This document shows, piece by piece, positions 9,666 to 17,844 of a DNA stretch of 23,956 nucleotides. Source of the DNA: a virus; the UHGV virus genome UHGV-0168080; one strand, 5' to 3'. The translations under genes were made by a program, and so were the position numbers. The notes under the pieces are model-generated. The model did no database searches. It was given only the letters and a program-made list of their open reading frames with translations, and was not told the origin of the DNA. How positions within the stretch are numbered: position 1 is the stretch's first letter; each line of letters begins with the position of its first letter.

Positions 9666-10448
9666 CTATTTATTGGTGATTTCTGCTGGCTTTAGCTGCG
9701 CGGATAACTGCTCAAGTTTTTGAACTGCCAGTTCAAAATGCGCGGGCAACGCCTTTTCCAGATCAGAGTTAATATCGGTGATGGGCAAATCACCACACGA
9801 CATACTCCGCCTACCCCCACGAACAACATCACGCAACAACTCTCGTTCATACGTGCGCATGTTCCCCAATGCCGACTCAGCAGCCGTTAAAATCCGGCGC
9901 AGTTCTGCCGTAATTGCTGGTAAATCATCAACCGTTATGGGGTTCGGGGATGGATTACGACACGCCCGACGCAAAGCCAACCATACACCGCTAATCCAGG
10001 CATTTCGGTACTGAAAACTTTGTGCTATATCGTTGATCAGCCCTCGCAGATACTCTTTCTGCCTCCAGTTCAACGGCTCTGCTGCTCGCATTGGCTCAGG
10101 TTCGACGTAAACGTACTCTCCATTCTTACGAATAGAGGGCAGGACCTCGTTCGTTACCCATTTACGAAACCGCCATGCAGTCGTGCCCTGTTTTACAGCG
10201 TCACGGCAGCGGAGGATCAGGGTGTATAGACCTGACTCTGAAATAATATTTAGCTTTTGCTCTCCGCCAGGGGTGTAACTTAAAGTTACACCCTTTTCAT
10301 CCTCATCCAGAGACATTAGCGCCTTCCGGGAGTTAACGAGTCTTAAAGCATCACATACATCCTTAGCCACAAACCACGGCTCGCCGTTAATCATCACTAC
10401 ACGAACCTGATGCTCTTCCTGAAAGGAAAAGACTGCTAACGCGCTCAT
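9666..10448 (-). CDS. Bro-N domain antirepressor (Ant-like)
   Basis: 260 aa; N-terminal Bro-N hallmarks (F.F......VRVVMINGEPWFVAKDVCDAL...LDEDEKG...GGEQKLNIISESGLYTLIL); strong RBS AAGGAGG; last gene of a three-gene operon with ATGA overlaps. Confidence 0.8.
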   Translation of the reverse strand: MSALAVFSFQEEHQVRVVMINGEPWFVAKDVCDALRLVNSRKALMSLDEDEKGVTLSYTPGGEQKLNIISESGLYTLILRCRDAVKQGTTAWRFRKWVTNEVLPSIRKNGEYVYVEPEPMRAAEPLNWRQKEYLRGLINDIAQSFQYRNAWISGVWLALRRACRNPSPNPITVDDLPAITAELRRILTAAESALGNMRTYERELLRDVVRGGRRSMSCGDLPITDINSDLEKALPAHFELAVQKLEQLSAQLKPAEITNK

Positions 10449-10675
10449 TCAGCCTCCTTACCCAGCAATTGCGACGAGAGCGACGCGGAATACCCCTGTG
10501 CTTCATGAGTTAACTCACACGCGATTTGAAGGAGCTTCCCGGCTTCTGATAGATAAATCGACGCCTCACAGCTGGATACTGTCCGATGGGCTGATGATAC
10601 GAGCGCATAGACCTGAGCCAGACGTTCATCCAACGACTCCAGCAGGCCAACAGTGTTCATTTTTACCTGATTCAT
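10445..10675 (-). CDS. Small protein of the antirepressor operon (function unknown)
   Basis: 76 aa; RBS GAGGTGG; start overlaps the upstream stop and stop overlaps the ant start. Confidence 0.6.
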   Translation of the reverse strand: MNQVKMNTVGLLESLDERLAQVYALVSSAHRTVSSCEASIYLSEAGKLLQIACELTHEAQGYSASLSSQLLGKEAE

Positions 10676-10836
10676 ACAGCCACCTCGCGCACCGGAATAC
10701 GGGCAGACAATACCAGGACAAACCGGCTGGCGAACTGGCGACGAGCTTCCCGTTCAGATGACGCGATGGTGGAAAGATGATGGATGTGTGACTTTTTGTC
10801 TGTGCGAACGACTGCCGCAAATTTGAATTTGAACAT
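10672..10836 (-). CDS. Small first gene of the antirepressor operon (54 aa; Icd-like by position only)
   Basis: Not in the supplied ORF track (under 60 aa). Read by hand on the minus strand: MFKFKFAAVVRTDKKSHIHHLSTIASSEREARRQFASRFVLVLSARIPVREVAV; GGAG RBS; its stop overlaps the next start (ATGA). Confidence 0.45.
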   Translation of the reverse strand: MFKFKFAAVVRTDKKSHIHHLSTIASSEREARRQFASRFVLVLSARIPVREVAV

Positions 10837-10891
10837 GGTATGCACTCCGTTTAATTGGTCGTGCTACCACCAGAGTTCTCACGCTCTTGAA

Positions 10892-10973
10892 TGGTGGTAG
10901 CCCAAGCGGGGGTGAGAATACCGGCAAACGAAGAAACCGGCCTGACCGAAGTCAGCCCCGCCTGAGCCACCAT
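10892..10973 (-). ncRNA. Structured RNA-like element A in the antirepressor operon leader (candidate c4/CA-type antisense immunity RNA or its target module)
   Basis: About 82 nt bounded by GGTGG...CCACCA; minus-strand fold gives a long closing stem and an internal hairpin CUGAC-UUCG-GUCAG. Paralogue of element B. Confidence 0.45.
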
Positions 10974-11207
10974 AAATCGGATATGCGCAGGTATATACAC
11001 ACAAAAAAACACGCTGGCGCGTGTTGTGCGCTTCGTTTATCCGGGTTCTCACGCCCGGCTGCGGGATTTACCGCAGCGGAATAACTTTACCGTCAAAACG
11101 ACGCACACGTCAATAATTTGCAAAGACATTTTACCCTGTGACCAGTCACGGGGATAGGTGTTTTTATAGTTTGCTTAAACAAATGATTAGAAGATAAACG
11201 ATATTGT

Positions 11208-11287
11208 GGTGGTAGCCCAGGCAGGGTTCTCAACACCGGCCCAAACGACACCGGCCAGCCTTTCGGCTGCCCCGCCTGAACTACCAT
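11208..11287 (-). ncRNA. Structured RNA-like element B, paralogue of element A
   Basis: Same architecture and end motifs (GGTGGTAGCCCA...CCCCGCCTGA); the internal hairpin is CAGCC-GAAA-GGCUG on the minus strand, so the stem is kept by compensatory changes. Confidence 0.45.
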
Positions 11288-11390
11288 TAGAATAATATAC
11301 AACAAAACGTAGCATTTTTATTACATTAAAATATAAATATTGTTTACACTTTACTTTACTAATGGGGCGGCTCGGGCTATCCTGATTTTG

Positions 11391-11406
11391 CTGTATAAAA
11401 ACACAG
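11391..11406. promoter_or_regulatory. LexA (SOS) box CTGTATAAAAACACAG upstream of cma
   Basis: Fits CTGT-N8-ACAG; lies about 60 bp upstream of the colicin M ATG, as is usual for colicin promoters. Confidence 0.6.
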
Positions 11407-11467
11407 TATTTATGCAGCGATTAAACCTGTATGTCTGTTATTTCATTAACTTATAAGGGTTTTTGAT

Positions 11468-12283
11468 ATGGATACTATCGTTGTGACAGCTCCATCACCA
11501 TCAACTAACTTACCGAGTTATGGTAATGGCGCATTTTCTCTCTCAGCACCACACGTGCCTGGTTCTGGCCCCCTTTTAGTCCAGGTGGTTTACAGCTTTT
11601 TCCAGAGCCCAAACATGTGTATTCAGGCTCTAACTCAGCTTGAGGACTACATCAAAAAACACGGTGCCAGCGATCCCCTGACATTACAAATTATGTCAAC
11701 AAATATTGCCTACTTCTGTAACGCTGACAGAAACCTTATCCTTCACCGCGGAATAAGTGTTTATGACGCCTACCACTTAGCTAAACCTGCGCCAAATAAA
11801 TATGACTATCGCTCAATGAATATGAAACAAATGAGCGGTAATGTCACAACACCAATTGTGGCGCTTGCACACTATTTATGGGGTAATGGTGCAGACCGAA
11901 GCGTTAATATCGCAAATATTGGTCTCAAAATTTCTCCGATGAAAATTAATCAGATAAGAGATATTGTAAAATCTGGTGTAGTAGGCACATTCCCTATTTC
12001 TACAAAATTCACACACGCCACTGGCGATTATAATGTTATTACCGGCGCATATCTTGGTAATATCACGCTGAAAACAGAAGGTACTTTAACTGTCTCCGCT
12101 AATGGCTCATGGACCTATAATGGCGTTGTTCGCTCGTATAACGACAAGTATGACTTCAATGCCAGCACTCATCGTGGCGTAATCGGAGAGTCTCTTACAA
12201 GGCTCGGGGCGATGTTCTCTGGTAAAGAGTATCAGATACTACTTCCTGGCGAAATTCACATTAAAGAAAGTGGCAAGCGATAA
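11468..12283 (+). CDS. cma: Colicin M (lipid II-targeting bacteriocin)
   Basis: 271 aa, same length as colicin M and collinear with it as I recall the sequence (..APSPSTNLPSYGNGAFSLSAPHVPG.GPLLVQVVYSFFQSPNMC.QALTQLEDYIKKHGAS ... ILLPGEIHIKESGKR). Confidence 0.93.
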   Translation: MDTIVVTAPSPSTNLPSYGNGAFSLSAPHVPGSGPLLVQVVYSFFQSPNMCIQALTQLEDYIKKHGASDPLTLQIMSTNIAYFCNADRNLILHRGISVYDAYHLAKPAPNKYDYRSMNMKQMSGNVTTPIVALAHYLWGNGADRSVNIANIGLKISPMKINQIRDIVKSGVVGTFPISTKFTHATGDYNVITGAYLGNITLKTEGTLTVSANGSWTYNGVVRSYNDKYDFNASTHRGVIGESLTRLGAMFSGKEYQILLPGEIHIKESGKR

Positions 12284-12284
12284 T

Positions 12285-12311
12285 AAAAAGGCCGGGATTC
12301 CGGCCTTTTTT
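12285..12311. terminator. Bidirectional intrinsic terminator between cma and cmi
   Basis: AAAAA-GGCCGG-GATT-CCGGCC-TTTTTT: GC stem with an A-tract before and a T-tract after. Confidence 0.75.
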
Positions 12312-12333
12312 ATGCAGTCTTTATACCGATGTA

Positions 12334-12690
12334 TCAATCATTTGCATATTCAACATAACCTTCCTTGCAATGGTACATTCCATAATACATTCTCTTACCT
12401 TCCGGGCCTTCGGCTTTAAATGGGACGAGAAGCGTTTTTTCATCTTTAACATCTGTTAAGCTTCTTTCAATCTTTTCCCACGTAATTTTTGGGGCTTCTG
12501 TACCGAGAAGTTGTACATCGTTATTCCAACGCGTTATTTTTTTCAAAAAGTCATTTTTTACAAATTCTCTTGCCTGTTCATCACTAACCTTATAGCACTC
12601 TGGGCCTTTATTAGATTCAGGCCAGAAAAATACAATAGCAAGAGCAATAATTGATAAAATCAAAATGATTTTTATGCTAATTACTTTCAT
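12334..12690 (-). CDS. cmi: Colicin M immunity protein Cmi
   Basis: 118 aa; N-terminal membrane anchor (ILILSIIALAIVFFW) and strong resemblance to Cmi (..YKVSDEQAREFVKND....WNNDVQLLGTE.PKITWEKIERSLTDV.DEKTLLVPFKAEGP.GKRMYYGMYHC.EGYVEYAND); convergent with cma. Confidence 0.9.
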   Translation of the reverse strand: MKVISIKIILILSIIALAIVFFWPESNKGPECYKVSDEQAREFVKNDFLKKITRWNNDVQLLGTEAPKITWEKIERSLTDVKDEKTLLVPFKAEGPEGKRMYYGMYHCKEGYVEYAND

Positions 12691-12817
12691 AAAATCTCCA
12701 TCACCTTAAAAGCAAAACATACATATTTAGCCTTCATATTGTATGAGTATATCAATACAGTGTGTGCTTAATGTGAAGTAAAATTAACAATATATAAACA
12801 TTTAATATGCCGCGCAC

Positions 12818-13213
12818 TTAGTCGGCTTTATGAGTATCAACCATATACTTCAACCAGTAATCAACAATCGGTTGCTCATCTACAGAATGTTTACCAGGTA
12901 TAACTCGCCAGCTATCTTGCGAAAATCTGCCGTACTTACGCGGGAATAGGCCTTTCTTTATCTCCCGCCATGTACTAGGAAAACCATCCACAAAAGTACC
13001 AATTAACAGGAGAGGGACAAAAATCAGAGCTACAAACCATCGTGCAAGAAAGTGTTCAACAACAACATTTTCACCGTTGTAGTAATACGCATACGCATCC
13101 AATATGCGAATTTTCCTTACCTTAAAAATAGCCTTATGCTGAGAACGACTTAACTTGATACGAATGTATCCCTTATCCAAAGGGGATTCGTATTTGTATG
13201 ATTGAACAGCCAT
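12818..13213 (-). CDS. Hypothetical protein with one predicted transmembrane helix (function unknown)
   Basis: ATG at 13213 lies 2 nt after the upstream stop (the ORF-track start at 13225 is an in-frame GTG); hydrophobic segment FLARWFVALIFVPLLLIGTFV; I recognise no family. Confidence 0.6.
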   Translation of the reverse strand: MAVQSYKYESPLDKGYIRIKLSRSQHKAIFKVRKIRILDAYAYYYNGENVVVEHFLARWFVALIFVPLLLIGTFVDGFPSTWREIKKGLFPRKYGRFSQDSWRVIPGKHSVDEQPIVDYWLKYMVDTHKAD

Positions 13214-13215
13214 TT

Positions 13216-13545
13216 TTAACCCCACTCACCATCAGCAAACAAAGCGTTATACTCTGATAATGGTAAATGATGCCCCTCAATTGCCAGATTAAGCCCCAAA
13301 TGGGTAGATGGGTGTTCCTTATCTGGCTCCTCCTCCCACAATTCAGAAGCTAAAGAAGCTAAACGCTCAGCCGCTTTCACGTAGTTTTCTGTCCTGAACC
13401 AACCCAAATTAATCCCACCATCAGTGATCTCCCAGGCAACTTTCTTCTCTTCTTCCTGAATAGCCTTAATGCGTCGATCGCATTCATCCCGGCAGAACTT
13501 CAGCTGACGGTAATCAAGTTTGTCCAAAAATGCAGTAGTAGACAT
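13216..13545 (-). CDS. Hypothetical acidic protein (function unknown), first gene of a coupled pair
   Basis: 109 aa; RBS GGAG 8 nt upstream; lies immediately downstream of repA on the same strand; I recognise no family. Confidence 0.65.
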   Translation of the reverse strand: MSTTAFLDKLDYRQLKFCRDECDRRIKAIQEEEKKVAWEITDGGINLGWFRTENYVKAAERLASLASELWEEEPDKEHPSTHLGLNLAIEGHHLPLSEYNALFADGEWG

Positions 13546-13603
13546 ATTTTTACTCCCCGTTCACCGAAAAATCACGATTTCCACATACGATAATATCCAC
13601 TGA

Positions 13604-16600
13604 TTACCCATAGAAAGCGCCCTGCTCTTCGTAGCTGCATGGGCTATTCCCGGTAATATATTCACGTAACCGCCGCAGTTCATTACTGGACAAGTGATCC
13701 ATGAACTCTGTTAGGTACAGAGATGCAAACGTCATAGCTATGCTGGCTGATGACCATGATGACATAGTGGCCAGCTCCTCACAGGAAAGCGCACTCATAG
13801 CCCAGGACTCAGGTACAGCCACCGGCAACACTGCCAAAGCCTCAGAAATTACTGAATGAGGGGCGTTTTGAACCTGCTCATTTGTGGATCGCGTTTTATC
13901 ATCCATATATATATTGAGATCCAAATCGCGATCCATTTCGATGGCGGTCTTCTCGGCTTTGCGCGTTTTCAGGGTTAGGCCATCTTTCTGACGCTGAGCA
14001 AGAATATCCAGCATAAATGCCGCTGATTCAGGCTCAACAAAACGCAAGGTTGGACGCTTATCGCCGTCTCTGCCACGACGTTTACCTGTTTTAAGGCCAA
14101 GAGAGTCGCAAATGTTTTTAAACAACGCTTCCGGCACTTTAGGCTTCCCTTTTGGCGTCATAAAACCACCAATGTGCAGAACGTTATTCAACAGGTCACG
14201 GCGTTCGGCTGTCATGAGGTTATCTCGAGCGAATTTGAGACGCTCCTGAGTCGCCTCGCCGGTCATAGTCTCAGGGTTGATACCGCAGTCGATAAAGTAC
14301 TGCCGGAGAGTTGCTGATTTAAGCGCATAGAAACCGCGCGCCCCGACTTCAACAGTAGGAGTAGCTTTTACCTTGTAGTCGATTATTCCAGGGAATTTAG
14401 TTTTAAAGACATCATCAGCCTGCTCGCGAGTCATCGCGGTCACTACAAAATATTGCCACTGTCCCGCCTGACGGTATGCGTAGGTAAAATTGATGGCTGC
14501 TTCTTCCCGGTCGTAACGACGAGCTGTTACCTCATCTAAAAGCATTGTTTCATAGCGGCGAACTTTGTCTCGAGCACCATCGAAATAGAATTTCAGCGTG
14601 CCTTCTTCAACCGGTAGTTTCAGTTCGTTCTCAATATCCCAGCGGACAAGTTTTGCCTGTTCTTCAAGCGTCAGCGCGCGTTTTTTTAGCAGTTCTTCAC
14701 GCTCTGATTCTTGTGGAGTTTCTGTATTGAGATGCAGATCCAGTGTCTGTTCCCACACAATATCCCGCGCTTCTTTACGCAGATCTTTACCGATATCATT
14801 CGCAGCATAATCGGTGGCCAGCGGCGATACCTTATAACCGTCGCTGTGCATGATGCAGATCATGTTGCTGGCGTAGTCGTTACGCGCAGACGCTTCAATT
14901 GCGGCTGCTTTAATTTTCATCCTGGTAAAGTCGGTATTGGCCACCCCCATTGATATACGGTCGCCATCGAAAACGACATCCGTCAGTTCACCGTTCATGC
15001 CTGCGGTAGCAAGCAATGCCTGGGCGAATGCTCGTTCTATTTTTTGCGGGTCAGTTTCACGTTTTGCGCGAGCTTTATCAAAGCCGATAATAAATTCTTT
15101 TGCTGTACGGTCGCGGCGTAGCATTTGCACTGCGTCGCTGGGTACAACTTCACCACAGAACATGCCGAAATGACGGTCAAAATGTTTTTGCTCAATCGAC
15201 ACGCCGGATGAAATAGACGGGCTATAAATCAGGCCGTCGTATTTTTTGACCATCTTTTTCGGTTGATTGGTAAATGCTTCAACTTCTGGCTCTGGTTTGT
15301 TTTTCTGGTTTACACACAGAAATTTCTTACCAGGAAAATGCATTCTCAGGGTGGCGGTCACATCTTCTGCAAAGGTGGAGCTGTCGGTGGCCAACATAAT
15401 TTTTTCGCCATCCGATACAGCTTTCACCACCTCGGTCATAATGCGATCTTTTTCTGTATAAAAAACCCGGATTGGCTCACCTGTTTCGCGGTTGCGAACA
15501 TCAACAGGTAATTCAATTACGTGGATCTGCAGCCATGCGGGTAAACCGAGTTCTTCGCGGCGTTTCATAGCCAGTTCAGCCAGGTCAACCAGCAGATCGT
15601 TCGCATCAGCATCCACCATGATTGGGTGTTGTTCCGTTCTGGCCAGCGCATCAATTAGCGTATTGAATACAGCCACCGGGTTTTCCATAGCCCGACCGGA
15701 AAGAACGGCACGTAGCCCTTGTGTTGCCTCGTCAAAGCCAAAATAGTCGTGCTGGCGCATCAACGGTTGCCAGCAGTTTTTAACAATCGAGTTTATGCAG
15801 ATGGTCAGTTTACTGGCGTATGGGGCCATTTCCTGATAGCCAGGGTCCTGATAGTGCAGGATATCGGCTTTTACACCTTTTCCTTCAGTCATCATTTCCC
15901 ACAGACCACCAATAAGGGAAACACGGTGAGCTACAGAGATACCACGTTCTGAGCTATGCATTAACGGTCGTAACAATCCAGTAGATTTGCCGGAACCCAT
16001 ACCAGCACGGACGATGACTATCCCCTGTAGTGATTGCACGTACTTCAGGACGTCATCGGTCATTACCGAAGTATCAAAACGCTTATAGGTGATATGTTGA
16101 GGGCGTTTATTGGGATCAGTTATGCGTTCGCTGAAAGAGCGCGGAGCCTGGGCAATACGGCACTTTTTATTCAGGCGACGGGCAATATGGTCTTTTACCG
16201 TAGCGCGATAGATATTTTCCAGCCCCATTTCACGCAGAACGATACAGAACATGTTAAATAAATCTGACGGGCTGTTAGGAACCGGACAGGTCAGCATGCC
16301 AATATCTACCGCTCTCAGCAGCTCTTTGGCAAAAGTACGGCGGTTATCCCGCTTAATTGTCTTCAGGCGGTTGAGTGTCAGAGATAGCAAATCAGTACCG
16401 GTTTTCAGGCGGTTTGCTGTTGCGAATAGTTGACGTGCTGTTTCACGAAGTCCACGTAGTTTGTGCAGGTCGTTGAAGTCACTGCACTCCATTTGCGGAT
16501 CGTCTTCAAAAGTTGGGTAGACGCAGCGGACATCGTTGAATTTAGATAAGATTTCATAGCCAGTCCGCAGGCCGGTATTCCCTTTTCCTTCTGTGGCAGA

Positions 16601-17599
16601 TTTCCGGTCATTATCCAGTGCGCAGGTGATTTTTGCCGCCGGGTACATGTTTACCAGTTGTTCCACAACATGAACCATGTTGTTAGCGGATACAGCGACA
16701 ACCACAGCGTCAAAGCGTTTATCTTTTTTCGTGGCAAGCCAGATGGATGCACCAGTAGCAAAACCTTCTGTAACAGCGATGTTTTGCGCCCCTTTCAGCT
16801 CACCGATAACAAAGCAGGCACCGACGAAATCGCCGCTGGTTACTGCGCTGGTCTGGTATTTCCCACCTTGTTTGTCGATTCGCTGCCAACCCACAATACG
16901 ACCATCATAACGACCGTCCAGGTGAGCCAGAGGGATAGCCATATATGTGGTTGGCCCCCGGCTCCATTTCGCACTGTCGTGACTGGTCACGCGACGCACA
17001 TCACATGAACTAAAAACGTCACGAATACCTTTTTTAATCGCATATGGCCATGAGCCGTCTTCAGCCTGAGCATGTTCCCACGCGCTGTGGAATGCCAGCC
17101 ATCCCAGCAAACGTTCATGGTCCATTTGGTTGTTTTTCAGGTCATTAATTCGTTTTTGTTCTTCACGGCGACGACGTGCTTCGGCCTGACGTTCTATTCT
17201 TTCCCGTTCTTCTTCCGGTTGTGCGACCACGGTCGCATTATTCCGTTGTTGCTCACGGCGATATTCAGAAAACAGGAAGGAGAAACCGCTCCATGAGCCA
17301 GCATCGCTGCCTTTATGGACGAAGTTAATGAACGGGTAATCAATCCCTTTGCTGTGTTCCAGCCTGGAGTAAATTTCTACGCGTCCTTTCAGGCTCTTTT
17401 CGAGAGCTTCTGGAGATGTTTTATTGTATGAAGAGTAACGCTCAACCCCCCCGCGAGGGTTGAGTTGGATGTTGTCGGAACAGGCAGGCCAGTTGATACC
17501 AGCCATCTGTGCCAGCTCGGTTAGTTCATCCCGTGCTGCTTCAATTAGCGAGAACGGATCGCTGCCAAAGCGATCCGCATAGAAATCGTTTAATGTCAT
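13604..17599 (-). CDS. repA: Replication protein RepA (multidomain primase-helicase, N15 RepA-like)
   Basis: 1331 aa; Walker A GMGSGKSTG inside a helicase-like core; size and position (upstream of cB, same strand) match N15 repA. Confidence 0.92.
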   Translation of the reverse strand: MTLNDFYADRFGSDPFSLIEAARDELTELAQMAGINWPACSDNIQLNPRGGVERYSSYNKTSPEALEKSLKGRVEIYSRLEHSKGIDYPFINFVHKGSDAGSWSGFSFLFSEYRREQQRNNATVVAQPEEERERIERQAEARRRREEQKRINDLKNNQMDHERLLGWLAFHSAWEHAQAEDGSWPYAIKKGIRDVFSSCDVRRVTSHDSAKWSRGPTTYMAIPLAHLDGRYDGRIVGWQRIDKQGGKYQTSAVTSGDFVGACFVIGELKGAQNIAVTEGFATGASIWLATKKDKRFDAVVVAVSANNMVHVVEQLVNMYPAAKITCALDNDRKSATEGKGNTGLRTGYEILSKFNDVRCVYPTFEDDPQMECSDFNDLHKLRGLRETARQLFATANRLKTGTDLLSLTLNRLKTIKRDNRRTFAKELLRAVDIGMLTCPVPNSPSDLFNMFCIVLREMGLENIYRATVKDHIARRLNKKCRIAQAPRSFSERITDPNKRPQHITYKRFDTSVMTDDVLKYVQSLQGIVIVRAGMGSGKSTGLLRPLMHSSERGISVAHRVSLIGGLWEMMTEGKGVKADILHYQDPGYQEMAPYASKLTICINSIVKNCWQPLMRQHDYFGFDEATQGLRAVLSGRAMENPVAVFNTLIDALARTEQHPIMVDADANDLLVDLAELAMKRREELGLPAWLQIHVIELPVDVRNRETGEPIRVFYTEKDRIMTEVVKAVSDGEKIMLATDSSTFAEDVTATLRMHFPGKKFLCVNQKNKPEPEVEAFTNQPKKMVKKYDGLIYSPSISSGVSIEQKHFDRHFGMFCGEVVPSDAVQMLRRDRTAKEFIIGFDKARAKRETDPQKIERAFAQALLATAGMNGELTDVVFDGDRISMGVANTDFTRMKIKAAAIEASARNDYASNMICIMHSDGYKVSPLATDYAANDIGKDLRKEARDIVWEQTLDLHLNTETPQESEREELLKKRALTLEEQAKLVRWDIENELKLPVEEGTLKFYFDGARDKVRRYETMLLDEVTARRYDREEAAINFTYAYRQAGQWQYFVVTAMTREQADDVFKTKFPGIIDYKVKATPTVEVGARGFYALKSATLRQYFIDCGINPETMTGEATQERLKFARDNLMTAERRDLLNNVLHIGGFMTPKGKPKVPEALFKNICDSLGLKTGKRRGRDGDKRPTLRFVEPESAAFMLDILAQRQKDGLTLKTRKAEKTAIEMDRDLDLNIYMDDKTRSTNEQVQNAPHSVISEALAVLPVAVPESWAMSALSCEELATMSSWSSASIAMTFASLYLTEFMDHLSSNELRRLREYITGNSPCSYEEQGAFYG
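13885..13935. other. Candidate internal replication origin element inside the 3' end of repA
   Basis: 9-bp inverted repeat TGGATCGCG (13885-13893) / CGCGATCCA (13927-13935) flanking an (AT)5 tract. Confidence 0.3.
17222..17237. repeat. sopC-like centromere box TGCGACC-AC-GGTCGCA (candidate SopB binding site) inside repA
   Basis: 16-bp palindrome with the same architecture as the F sopC core TGGGACC-AC-GGTCCCA. Confidence 0.5.
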
Positions 17600-17647
17600 T
17601 TTTTAGCCATTCCATGCGAATTATGTTTTTTCGGGTTGAAAAAATCC

Positions 17648-17715
17648 GCAGGAGCAGCCACAATAAACGCATCTTGAATTGACGGAATCTGTCGCGTTGT
17701 TGTGGCTGCTTCCTG
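17648..17715. repeat. Long imperfect inverted repeat in the repA leader
   Basis: GCAGGAGCAGCCACAATAAACGC ... GCGTTGTTGTGGCTGCTTCCTG, arms about 22 bp, spacer about 23 bp. Confidence 0.5.
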
Positions 17716-17722
17716 AAAAGGA

Positions 17723-17750
17723 CCCGAGTTTGCCGACTCGGGTTTTTTTT
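17723..17750 (+). terminator. Strong intrinsic terminator on the plus strand, antisense to the repA leader
   Basis: Stem ACCCGAGT/ACTCGGGT, loop TGCCG, followed by T8. Confidence 0.6.
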
Positions 17751-17844
17751 CGTCTTTTTTCTGCTGCTGTAACCTGAGTCAACCCACAGAACATATGCCC
17801 TGCATTAAACCAGATTTACAGCAAACAATAAACCCCGTATTAAG

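Noticed and set aside
10892-11287. Possible tRNA genes, because both elements end in CCACCA
   Set aside because: No canonical cloverleaf: no T-loop GTTCRANNC, no anticodon arm, and the length and stem layout do not fit a tRNA. A tRNA-like processing substrate remains possible.
10887-11305. ORFs 10887-11084 (+) and 11093-11305 (-) in the antirepressor leader
   Set aside because: They overlap the two paralogous structured elements; the repeat and compensatory-hairpin pattern points to RNA, not protein.
11403-11418. Second overlapping LexA box next to the first, as is typical for colicin promoters
   Set aside because: ACAGTATTTATGCAGC lacks the CTGT half-site, so only one canonical box is supported.
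14545-17296. Many 60-116-aa plus-strand ORFs antisense to repA
   Set aside because: All are nested inside the 1331-aa repA frame on the opposite strand, have no start context and no recognisable domains.
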